Shown one piece after another: positions 47,899 through 56,722 of a stretch of 64,000 nucleotides of DNA. The position numbers and the translations under genes were made by a program. The first letter of the stretch is position 1; every line of letters begins with the position of its first letter. This DNA is from a virus: positions 1 through 64,000 of the IMG/VR virus record IMGVR_UViG_3300013233_000109; one strand, 5' to 3'. The notes under the pieces were generated by a model. The model did not search any database. It saw nothing but the letters and a program-made list of their open reading frames with translations, and had not been told where the DNA came from.

Positions 47899-49899
47899 AT
47901 GGCTAGAAAAAAGAAATATCTCAATAATTCGGATATGCTTAAAGAAATACATTTAAGTAAGATTTCATACTGTAAATTTGCCGATAAAGCAAATGATCAT
48001 CAAGAAGATTATATAGTAGAATCAGTAGAAGCAATTAATCAAACAGCGAATGTGCAAGTTTCAAAAGATGAAGCAGGTGAACCTATTATGGGCGATGTGC
48101 CGGTGATTGAGTTAGCTAGAGCTGCTAGAGCTAAGCGGTTAACTAAACTAGATATTCCTACACTAGTAGAGGATGTGTTAGATACTGATCTTGTTTTTCG
48201 TGTTATGACCACTGAACACATACCACTGGTTCCAAAGAAAAAAGCTAAAAAGAAACCAATCGTTAAGAAATCTGAAGTAGTAGCATTATTTGAGGATTTA
48301 ATGGATGAGGTGCCGCTAAAGGAAAATGAAGCTATAATTGACGACGAGGTGGTTGAGATGGTTCCTATGCGTTGTAAATTCCCACCGTTTTTCCACTATC
48401 GCATAGATGAGCAACAAAAACCTTATATTGTAGGGAAATCGCACTGGAAAGGTAACAGCATAGATGATGGGGAATTTTCTATGGAGCATGGGCAGACCAC
48501 CGGGAATCTTGCTATGATGTATATTAAATTATGCGAACGCTACGGCACTAGAAGTAACTGGCGCGGTTACTGCATTCCAGACAATGTCGAAGCACTAACA
48601 AAGAGAGGATGGTTATCCGAGAGCGACATTAATACAGATGATGAAATTTTATCGTACGATGACGGTAACATGCGGTGGAGTGCTATTAAATCTATTTTTA
48701 GAGATCATAATTACAACGGAATGATGCACAGTTTATCAAACATGCACATGGATTATCTTGCAACACCCGGTCACAAATTAGTAACCAATAGAGGTTTAGT
48801 GCCAATTGAATACGTTTTAGGGTCAGACCGTGTTATTTTAATGGGCGAAGCAGAGGAAACATCGTTTAGTCAGATTTATTCCGACGCATTTGTTGAATTA
48901 TTAGGATGGATTGTAACCGAAGGGACTTATCAATTGCCAAAAAAATCTATTCAAATTTACCAAAATGCTGGCCCTTACGCCGACAGAATTCGTAATTGTT
49001 TAATTAAATTAGATTATGGATTTAGCGAGGCACCGCACGGTAAAAGTGGTGTTAATATATGCTTCTCATTGAGAAGACCGGCTTCGGCAGAAATATTCAA
49101 AATATTGCCAGAAAAGAATTTAAACATGGACTTTATTACATCACTTACCCGTGACCAAAGATTTATACTAATCGATACTATGATTGACGGTGATGGGCAT
49201 CGCCTAAAAAATTATAAAGGATCGCCAAGTAGACGATATGATCAAAAATGCAGTACGCACATGGATTTATTTCAAGCGTTATGTTCGATTTCTGGCTACC
49301 GAACACACAACTACAAAAGACTTATGGAAAATTATAGTAAAACCGGGCACATTACTATGAATCGATTAACTTTTTTGTCTAAAAATAAAAATACTACAAA
49401 CGCAGGAAGTATTGACTTCAATGGTGGTTTAGTTAAAAACCGTGGTGTTAATATAAAAAATAAACATAATCACCCTAACAAACCTACTACTCCGTATCAA
49501 GGTACGGTTTGGTGTCCTGAGACTGAATATGGGTGCTTCTTAGCAAGACGCAATGGCAAGGTTTATTTAACCGGCAATACTTACAATGACGAAATGCAAG
49601 GACAAGCATTACTACAATTATCGCAAATTGGCTTGCAATTTAACGAATTAAAATCGCAGAATCCATTTGCATATTATACTGCCGCAGTGACGAATAGTTT
49701 TACCCGGGTGCTGAATATTGAGAAAAAGATGCAAATGATACGTGATGATATTTTAGAGGCAAATGGGCTATCGCCTAGCTGGACTAGACAATTTGAGAAT
49801 GATAAGACGGATACTAAGTATCTAGACGACCATGGTATCTTAAAGGAAGATGATTCGTGTGAGGCTGGTGACGTTAAGGTTATATACGAGGAGAAGTGA
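47899..49899 (+). CDS. gp55: Late-transcription sigma factor (gp55-like), intein-containing
   Basis: KYLNN.DML N-terminus; removing the intein restores RSNWRGY/TYNDEM..ALLQ....F..KSQNPFAYYT....NSF.RVL..EKK; next to gp47/gp46 as in T4. Confidence 0.88.
   Translation: MARKKKYLNNSDMLKEIHLSKISYCKFADKANDHQEDYIVESVEAINQTANVQVSKDEAGEPIMGDVPVIELARAARAKRLTKLDIPTLVEDVLDTDLVFRVMTTEHIPLVPKKKAKKKPIVKKSEVVALFEDLMDEVPLKENEAIIDDEVVEMVPMRCKFPPFFHYRIDEQQKPYIVGKSHWKGNSIDDGEFSMEHGQTTGNLAMMYIKLCERYGTRSNWRGYCIPDNVEALTKRGWLSESDINTDDEILSYDDGNMRWSAIKSIFRDHNYNGMMHSLSNMHMDYLATPGHKLVTNRGLVPIEYVLGSDRVILMGEAEETSFSQIYSDAFVELLGWIVTEGTYQLPKKSIQIYQNAGPYADRIRNCLIKLDYGFSEAPHGKSGVNICFSLRRPASAEIFKILPEKNLNMDFITSLTRDQRFILIDTMIDGDGHRLKNYKGSPSRRYDQKCSTHMDLFQALCSISGYRTHNYKRLMENYSKTGHITMNRLTFLSKNKNTTNAGSIDFNGGLVKNRGVNIKNKHNHPNKPTTPYQGTVWCPETEYGCFLARRNGKVYLTGNTYNDEMQGQALLQLSQIGLQFNELKSQNPFAYYTAAVTNSFTRVLNIEKKMQMIRDDILEANGLSPSWTRQFENDKTDTKYLDDHGILKEDDSCEAGDVKVIYEEK
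48571..49578 (+). mobile_element. 336-aa intein with LAGLIDADG homing endonuclease
   Basis: Block A CIPDNVEALTKRGW, block B ATPGHKL, LAGLIDADG motifs LLGWIVTEG and LIDTMIDGDG, block F/G VWCPETEYGCFLARRNGKVYLTGN followed by Thr(+1). Confidence 0.93.
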
Positions 49900-50771
49900 T
49901 GGTGAGGAGCGATTGTGTTCCTATTATATATCCGCCTGGGGCGTACGGGCATTATATATTTTGGATATTAAATAATTTTACAGAGCGCGGGAACGGAACT
50001 AATAAAACTGTACCATTTGACAAATACGGTGGGTCACACGGTCAAATTAAAAGCAAAACCTTTTGTAAAATAGAAGAGTTACAATTTAATAGCATGAAAA
50101 AACAAAGGTTTTTTCATGCTCATTGCGTGCAGCGGCAAGACATTCCAGTGCATGCTACACAATTTAATATTCTTAATAATTGGTTTAGTAAATGGATTAT
50201 TGTTGCAACAGATAAATGTATGTTAACAAGGTATAATAATCTGTTCGAAAAAGCAACAAACTGCGATATTGATGTATTTTCGTCGATTCTGCCAACTGTG
50301 ATGATAGATAGCACAATGTCAGTGTTTGAAGTCAGGGAAATGCTAAGTTATAAATTATTTTACCCGGTTCCTTGGATATCTAGCAACAACATACCTGGAT
50401 CTTTTGATTTAAAACCAGGCTATTTATTATATGATTTTGAAAATACATTAAATAAATTATGTGCTTATTTAGATACTACTATTTCAAGTGATGATATGCT
50501 GTTTTTGATTAAAACGCACAAAACATTCATGTCATTGCAGCAACATTTACATAAAGATGAAATAGTCGCTAAATTTTTAACAAATTTCAAAGAGGGTTTA
50601 GATGTGCCATTACCTGATAATTTAAGTATTATAGATGAGGCGTACATACAACATTATTTGCGAGATACATTACACTTAGAGATAAAATGCGATGGGCTAG
50701 ATGTATTTCCAAGCAGCACAACAAAATTAAGAGAGATAACATATCCAGCGGAGGATTTAATACGTGAGTAA
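49896..50771 (+). CDS. Hypothetical protein with sulfotransferase/P-loop-like N-terminus
   Basis: IIYPPGAYGHYIFWIL, PF...GGSH, REMLSY, LSIIDEAYI; overlaps both neighbours. Confidence 0.6.
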   Translation: MMVRSDCVPIIYPPGAYGHYIFWILNNFTERGNGTNKTVPFDKYGGSHGQIKSKTFCKIEELQFNSMKKQRFFHAHCVQRQDIPVHATQFNILNNWFSKWIIVATDKCMLTRYNNLFEKATNCDIDVFSSILPTVMIDSTMSVFEVREMLSYKLFYPVPWISSNNIPGSFDLKPGYLLYDFENTLNKLCAYLDTTISSDDMLFLIKTHKTFMSLQQHLHKDEIVAKFLTNFKEGLDVPLPDNLSIIDEAYIQHYLRDTLHLEIKCDGLDVFPSSTTKLREITYPAEDLIRE

Positions 50772-51777
50772 TTTATTTAAAAAAGCTATGGTTTTCACAG
50801 ACATGCATCTAGGTTTAAAAAACAATAGTGAACGGCATAATAAAGATTGTCTAGCATTTGCTACGTGGATGGTCGCGAAAGCTAAGGAGGAAGGTTGCGA
50901 AACTTGCTTGTTTTTGGGGGATTTTCACCACCATCGTGCTAGTATTAACTTACAAACATTAAACTACAGTCTTAAAGTATTAGAAATGTTAAGTAATAAT
51001 TTCAAGAATACTTATTTTATCCCGGGCAATCACGATCTATATTATAGAGATAAGCGTGATATACACGGGGTTGAGTGGGCAAAGCATTTACCTAATATTA
51101 CTATTGTAAATGATTGGTTTAAGGAAGGTGATGTTGCTATTGTGCCGTGGCTAGTCGGGGATGATTATAAAAAGCTTACTACTATTAAAGCAAAATATAT
51201 GTTTGGACATTTTGAACTGCCGCACTTTAAAATGAATGCGTTAGTAGAGATGCCGGATCACGGTACTGTGAAATCTGCCCAGATGGCTAACGTAGGACAC
51301 GTATTTAGCGGGCATTTCCACATGAGGCAGCAACGTGAGAATATTACTTACATCGGAAACTGTTTCCCTCATAATTTTAGTGACGCCGGTGATGACCAGC
51401 GTGGATGTATGATTTTAGAGTGGGACAAAGAACCTACGTTCTACAAGTGGGACGATCAGCCTCTTTATCAGAATATTAATTTAAGTGATTTAATCGACAA
51501 AGGTGAAGACATATTAAAACCTAATATGTCAGTCAGAGTGCAGCTGGATATTGATGTAAGTTACGAAGAGGCTAATTTTATCAAAGAGACATTTAATGAT
51601 AAATTCGGATTAAGAGAGATTAGTTTACAAGCGATTAATCAGAATGAATTTGAGGATGATAACAACGAATCTATTTCATTTAATAGTGTAGATACTATCA
51701 TTAGCGAGCAGATTACTGCTATAGACAGTGATATGTATAAGCCGGCATTATTAATGGATATATACAATAATTTATAG
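50764..51777 (+). CDS. gp47: Recombination endonuclease subunit (Mre11/SbcD-like)
   Basis: Metallophosphoesterase motifs TDMHLG, LGDFHH, GNHD, GHFE, SGHFH. Confidence 0.93.
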   Translation: MSNLFKKAMVFTDMHLGLKNNSERHNKDCLAFATWMVAKAKEEGCETCLFLGDFHHHRASINLQTLNYSLKVLEMLSNNFKNTYFIPGNHDLYYRDKRDIHGVEWAKHLPNITIVNDWFKEGDVAIVPWLVGDDYKKLTTIKAKYMFGHFELPHFKMNALVEMPDHGTVKSAQMANVGHVFSGHFHMRQQRENITYIGNCFPHNFSDAGDDQRGCMILEWDKEPTFYKWDDQPLYQNINLSDLIDKGEDILKPNMSVRVQLDIDVSYEEANFIKETFNDKFGLREISLQAINQNEFEDDNNESISFNSVDTIISEQITAIDSDMYKPALLMDIYNNL

Positions 51778-51841
51778 TTCAAAACATTAGGAAAACTTTA
51801 AAATTGGTAGTATAATTAATGTTTAACAATAAGGAATTTCA

Positions 51842-53752
51842 ATGATTAAGATACGTAATCTCACCTGCAAGAACTTTATGTCCGTAGGTAACGCTAGTCA
51901 AGCTGTGAATTTCGACAGAAGCGATTTAACCCTTGTGCTGGGGGAGAATTTAGATCTCGGTGCGAATGGTTCTAAAAATGGTACGGGAAAAACTTCTCTG
52001 ATTAACGCACTAAGTTATGCTTTTTACGGTGAGGCGCTTACTAAGATACGTGTTAATAATCTCATTAACAAGACTAACGAAAAGAATATGCTTGTTAGTG
52101 TTGAATTTGATATCAATAATGATGAGTACAGAATCGAACGTGGACGCAAACCTAATTTATTAAAGTTTTACAAAAATAACCAAGACTTAGATGATGCACA
52201 GGATGATGCGCAAGGTGATAGTAGAGAAACACAAAAGGAAATTGAAAAATTACTAAATATAAGTCACGATATGTTCAAGCATACTATCGCGCTAAACACA
52301 TACACCGAGCCCTTTTTATCTATGAAGGCGAATGATCAAAAGAATATCATTGAGCAATTATTAGGTATTACCGTTTTAACAGAAAAAGCAGAATTATTAA
52401 AAGATGTTACCAAATTATCTAAAGAAGGAATTAAAGAGGAAGAATTTCGAATATCGGGACTTATTAAAGCCAACGAGCACATTGAAGAGCAAATATCAAA
52501 TCTGGAACGACGTCAGCGTATATGGCTTAAACAAAACACTTCCGACCAAGCAGATATAACGTCTGCTATTAGCGCGCTCACTGGCGTTGATATTAATCTA
52601 GAAATTGCTGCACATACAGCTAACGCAGAAGCTATTATTAATGCTGATAAAATTAATACTGCTGAGAAATTTGATATCGATAAATGTAATGCTGAATTTG
52701 CTTTACAACAAGATCAAGAGAAAGCTGAATTAACTAAACATACGTTAGCAGTTAACGAATGTAATAAATGGATTGACCGTATAGAACGCGATAATAAAAC
52801 ACTAGCACGTAATGTAACCGGCTTACAAAAGGATATTGATTTAATTAAAGATCATAAATGTCACGCTTGTGGGCAGGATTTGCACGATGCTAAGCAAGAA
52901 GAAAACATAGCGTTCAAGGAAAATGAATTACAGAAGATTGCGTTACAATTACTTACTAATCAAGAACAAGAGATGGAACATAAGCAAACACTAGCAGATT
53001 TAGGTGAGGCTCCGCTTGCTATTCCGGACGTGAACGATACTAGAGATTATGCGCCAGTTTTACCTAAAGTTATAGAAACTTTTTATAAAACGGTAAATGA
53101 GGCACATGAGCATAAATCCTCGCTCGCTACGCTCACAGCACAATTAGCTACGGTGAAGGCAGCGGTGGATCCGTACAGTGACCAGATTACAGAAATGGCC
53201 GAATCTGCTTTACAGGATGTAGATTATACTGAGATGAATCGTTTAACTGAATTAAACGCACATCAGACATTTTTGCTTAAACTTTTAACTAGCAAAGATA
53301 GCTTTATTCGTAAAAAGATTATTGAACAGAATTTAAATTATCTCAATGGGCGATTAACACATTATCTTAGCGAAATTGGGTTACCGCATACTGTAAAATT
53401 CTTATCGGATTTGTCCGTGGAGATTACAGACCTCGGTAGAGAATTGGATTTTGACAATCTAAGCAGGGGCGAGCGTACTAGACTTATTTTATCACTATCG
53501 TGGTCATTCAGAGATGTACTCGAAAGTATGTACAGTCATATTAATTTGATGTTCGTAGACGAATTAGTAGATAATGGTCTAGATACCACTGGCGTGGAAG
53601 CTGCCATTAAGATTTTAAAGGGCATGGCGAGAGAACGTAATAAATCTGTATGGCTAGTGTCGCATAGAGAAGAATTAATAAGTCGTGTTAATAACACGAT
53701 GAAAGTTATTAAAAGTAATGGCTTTACTAGCTATGAAGGGTTAAACGAATGA
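51842..53752 (+). CDS. gp46: Recombination ATPase subunit (Rad50/SbcC-like)
   Basis: KNFMSVGN, Walker A NGTGKTS, zinc hook CHACGQ, signature LSRGER, Walker B FVDE, VSH. Confidence 0.95.
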   Translation: MIKIRNLTCKNFMSVGNASQAVNFDRSDLTLVLGENLDLGANGSKNGTGKTSLINALSYAFYGEALTKIRVNNLINKTNEKNMLVSVEFDINNDEYRIERGRKPNLLKFYKNNQDLDDAQDDAQGDSRETQKEIEKLLNISHDMFKHTIALNTYTEPFLSMKANDQKNIIEQLLGITVLTEKAELLKDVTKLSKEGIKEEEFRISGLIKANEHIEEQISNLERRQRIWLKQNTSDQADITSAISALTGVDINLEIAAHTANAEAIINADKINTAEKFDIDKCNAEFALQQDQEKAELTKHTLAVNECNKWIDRIERDNKTLARNVTGLQKDIDLIKDHKCHACGQDLHDAKQEENIAFKENELQKIALQLLTNQEQEMEHKQTLADLGEAPLAIPDVNDTRDYAPVLPKVIETFYKTVNEAHEHKSSLATLTAQLATVKAAVDPYSDQITEMAESALQDVDYTEMNRLTELNAHQTFLLKLLTSKDSFIRKKIIEQNLNYLNGRLTHYLSEIGLPHTVKFLSDLSVEITDLGRELDFDNLSRGERTRLILSLSWSFRDVLESMYSHINLMFVDELVDNGLDTTGVEAAIKILKGMARERNKSVWLVSHREELISRVNNTMKVIKSNGFTSYEGLNE

Positions 53753-54283
53753 TTACTTATAGTAGATATCTATAACATTAAACTCAGTGTATAGCTTATC
53801 TAATAATTTTGTTAATTTTTGAGATTTTGGATACACTGGTACTTTCTTCTTGGGATACTTTACTTTAAATAATTTAATCATTTTATTAAACGTTGATTTT
53901 TTTATTTTTGGCTTCTTTGGAACTTCGCTCGGGTGAATAAAATAATCACCGTCCTCTGTATACGCACCGGCTTCTAGGTAATCTGCTAAATTACGCAAAT
54001 AGGTTGGCAAATCTGTTGGGTGTTTTGAAGTATCGGCACTATAATAACGTTTCCAATTGTTAGTGATCTTCCCTTCCATTGCATTTGCCCTGAATTCAAT
54101 GGCGTTGCGTATAGTTCCTTTATCAGTGGCATACGGTTCCGATTTTAGTTTATGTATATGATCTAGTGCCATTTTTTCTACCGGGACAGGAATTCCAAGC
54201 AAGGGGCAGATGCCGTTATTTTCCTTGTGAAGTTTTTCTTTAAGAATTTTAATATCCTTTTGTTTAAGCTCTTTAAATGCCAT
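53753..54283 (-). CDS. Endonuclease VII-like (gp49 family) His-Me nuclease
   Basis: Pattern N.G.CPL...LDHIH...G.IR....N.MEG...LRNLADYL..HP matches the EndoVII layout; TATAAATA at 54289-54296 precedes the ATG. Confidence 0.7.
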   Translation of the reverse strand: MAFKELKQKDIKILKEKLHKENNGICPLLGIPVPVEKMALDHIHKLKSEPYATDKGTIRNAIEFRANAMEGKITNNWKRYYSADTSKHPTDLPTYLRNLADYLEAGAYTEDGDYFIHPSEVPKKPKIKKSTFNKMIKLFKVKYPKKKVPVYPKSQKLTKLLDKLYTEFNVIDIYYK

Positions 54284-54322
54284 AGTAGTATTTATATGGT
54301 GTTAAATAAGTAGCAATAATAC

Positions 54323-54351
54323 TTGACAGATGAGTTATTATCTACTATAAT
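54323..54351 (+). promoter_or_regulatory. Perfect-consensus sigma70 promoter facing a non-coding region
   Basis: TTGACA-17 nt-TATAAT; no + strand ORF of 60 aa or more until 55265. Confidence 0.88.
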
Positions 54352-54357
54352 ATATGT

Positions 54358-54812
54358 ATATTAAGAAAAAATAGTTATCGAGATTTACGTGATAACTACT
54401 ATTACAAAACAAACATAAGCATGGCAGTACGCGGTTGATTTCTGCCAATCAAGACACTCACTGTAACACGGGGTTTCCGCTGATTAATCGAGTTTTTGTT
54501 GCTCGCTTTAACACACTACCCGAAAGGGCGCCATTAAAATTAAGACCTGAATGTGCATTGTAGCAGTCAGACAATCTTTGCTTTGTGTTATCGGAATGGT
54601 TATTTCTTAGAAATAAGAAGTATTTTAGTGAGTGGGACGTCAAGACGCCATCTAATTTATTAGATACAGTTACCCCACAATGCATTATCATTAGCTTGGG
54701 TATATAAGCTGATAATGTATACGTTGTAGATTAAATTCTAGATTCACATGTAATGGAGAGAACGTTAACCTGCTCCCCTCTAGCGATAGAGTTATGCTAT
54801 ATACCCTGTGGC
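54358..54812 (+). ncRNA. Candidate large structured non-coding RNA, family not recognised
   Basis: Nested long-range helices, two GNRA tetraloops (CCC-GAAA-GGG, CTCTA-GCGA-TAGAG) and a 9-bp loop-to-downstream pairing; lies behind the consensus promoter. Ends are approximate. Confidence 0.72.
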
Positions 54813-55188
54813 TAAATCTTTAAAGAACTTTTCTTTTGATTTCGTATCATTTAGTAGTTTGATTCTGTGGCTTTAAAATCTTTTAAAATTGCTTTAAAAA
54901 ATGAAGTTCTCATTTAACTCTCAGTTCAGGTCTGCCTACTATTCACTACGTTCATAGCAGTCATTGATTCATCTCATCTGAGCTGAGAATCATCGATTTA
55001 CTTCTTTATTTCTTTTAGCTGATATATAAGCAAAAACATATACATCTCTCATATAACAGTCAAAATATATTACAATATCTAAATTAATTAATTCTGAAAG
55101 AATGCTGTACGAGTTAATGAAATTAACGATGTATTCATTCTATACGAGCACAGCGAAGTATAGACATGAAAGAGAATTGCTGCCACAG
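54806..55188. other. Candidate replication-origin-like element
   Basis: AT-rich tract; CTGTGGC twice plus one inverted copy; opposite-facing hairpins with tandem GA/GA mismatches and 3-nt loops. Confidence 0.45.
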
Positions 55189-55264
55189 TATATCATTAAA
55201 CTCTAGTAATGACTAAAGCATCAAGAATATTATTAACCTGTGTTTAAACACCATAAATACAAGT

Positions 55265-55561
55265 ATGAATATAAATGACTTAAAAGGCTCGAGCGATATC
55301 TATTATTTAGGTAGGGCAATGTGGAAAAAACAAGAAAGTGCTACATGGCAAAAGAAAGTTAAAAAATTAGCTAAGACTACTAAAACTCACTGGTCTGGAA
55401 ACGCAAGCAATGCCGATGCGTTCAGTGTTTCAAAATCATATAAATTATTCAATGAAAGCACTAACAAAGTAGTAGCAACCATAACAGAATCTGAATTAAA
55501 AATGCTAAAACACGCTAGTGTAAAAATACGCTCGGAACGTGACGGGATCTTAGACTGGTAG
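55265..55561 (+). CDS. Hypothetical basic protein, late and apparently leaderless
   Basis: 98-aa ORF; CATAAATA at 55252-55259 lies 5 nt before the ATG. Confidence 0.65.
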   Translation: MNINDLKGSSDIYYLGRAMWKKQESATWQKKVKKLAKTTKTHWSGNASNADAFSVSKSYKLFNESTNKVVATITESELKMLKHASVKIRSERDGILDW

Positions 55562-55614
55562 CTAAATACCGACCTACCACAAAATACATCATTTTTGTAA
55601 GGTAGTGATATTTC

Positions 55615-55851
55615 TCAAAAGTACGGAAGCCCACTCTTTTCTGTCGTTTTCATATTCTCTTTAGATAGTTTAGCGATCATATCGCGTTCTGCTGCAGATA
55701 AATTCAAACAATCGTTGTATTGAATACCACCACGCATAGCCCAGGTTAGGCTCATAGCGTTCTCTTTAATGATATTACATTCCTTTTCTAAGTCATCAAC
55801 ATAAGCGGAAATAGCCTCGGCATCGAGGGCCAATAACTTTACTCGAAAAAA
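55615..55851 (-). CDS. Tail-chaperone C-terminal extension, probably reached by -1 frameshift
   Basis: The -1 frame is open from the T TTT TTC heptamer: FFRVKLLALDAE..W.MRGGIQY...L...ER..ENMKTTEKSGLPYF; the TTG start has no SD. Confidence 0.65.
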   Translation of the reverse strand, partial: FFRVKLLALDAEAISAYVDDLEKECNIIKENAMSLTWAMRGGIQYNDCLNLSAAERDMIAKLSKENMKTTEKSGLPYF

Positions 55852-56672
55852 GACGTCATATCCAGTGTAAACGGCTGTTCGTACTTATGTCCGCAATCAT
55901 CACACGTAATAGATAATGGTTTAAGATCAGTTTTAGCACGCTCGCTAACAATATGAGATTTGATACCGTTGTAAATAGCTCTCTCACAATTCTGTAGATA
56001 CGCTAAAATATGTTCTGGATCATCCACTACGGCACCCGGTACAGCTATATTACTAATATTTTTCACAAGCGTATCTAGTGTGTATTTAGAGACTTTTTTA
56101 AATGCGTCCGATAACAGTTTAATACGCTCCTTCTCAGGAAGTGTATCATCTTGCTTAACAATCATTTGCTGTAATTGCTGTTCTTCAAATTGAATCTGAT
56201 TATTCTCATTCATCTCGAAATAAGTTAACGGTTTAAAAGTAACAGAAATATCACCAGCATCAAACGTATTATGATAATCTGGCGAATGTAAATTATCTAG
56301 CACATCGTGTAAATTTAGTTCATAATCGGACATTTCGTTGCATTCGGGGCAAGTAGTGCTAATCTCCATATTATGTGAGAAGCTAGCTATACGTATCGCA
56401 GCTAATATAGCAGTAATATCAATGCTCGGCATTTGCCACGGATCAATTATACTAGGAATACAGCTTTTAATAACATCAACTAGTGCTGAACCATTGAATA
56501 GTGCATCTGGGGTTCGATAAGTAATTTCGTCCAATGATGTCATAGGATAAACAGGCAGTTCTTTCGTCTCGGGCATATCTAACGTACCCTCGGGATAAAA
56601 GCTACCTTTGCTCGGTAGTGCTAGGTGTATTGCTGGTTTGCGGAAGTAGCCCGCTAGTGGATTTTCATTCAT
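55839..56672 (-). CDS. Baseplate hub/tail assembly chaperone (gp26-like)
   Basis: LPSKG, PMT..DE, AIRIAS, CPEC and CDDC Zn motifs, C-terminal LDMTSFF; divergent from the tape-measure gene. Confidence 0.75.
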   Translation of the reverse strand: MNENPLAGYFRKPAIHLALPSKGSFYPEGTLDMPETKELPVYPMTSLDEITYRTPDALFNGSALVDVIKSCIPSIIDPWQMPSIDITAILAAIRIASFSHNMEISTTCPECNEMSDYELNLHDVLDNLHSPDYHNTFDAGDISVTFKPLTYFEMNENNQIQFEEQQLQQMIVKQDDTLPEKERIKLLSDAFKKVSKYTLDTLVKNISNIAVPGAVVDDPEHILAYLQNCERAIYNGIKSHIVSERAKTDLKPLSITCDDCGHKYEQPFTLDMTSFFE

Positions 56673-56683
56673 TTTTTAATGTC

Positions 56684-56710
56684 CATAAATAGTGTATATG
56701 AGTATTTATA
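56684..56710. promoter_or_regulatory. Pair of opposing late promoters
   Basis: CATAAATA (+, 56684-56691) toward tape measure; TATAAATA (-, 56703-56710) toward chaperone. Confidence 0.7.
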
Positions 56711-56722
56711 GGGATAAAACAC

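Noticed and set aside
51787-51816. Sigma70 promoter upstream of gp46
   Set aside because: TATAAT is present but there is no convincing -35, so it is too weak to call.
54458-54691. 77-aa minus-strand ORF in the non-coding region
   Set aside because: No SD or recognisable motif, and it is antisense to the strong promoter and structured RNA; probably a chance frame.
54284-55264. CRISPR array, tRNA, tmRNA, RNase P or group I intron
   Set aside because: No regularly spaced repeats, cloverleaf or conserved catalytic-core motifs found by eye; an Rfam scan is still needed.
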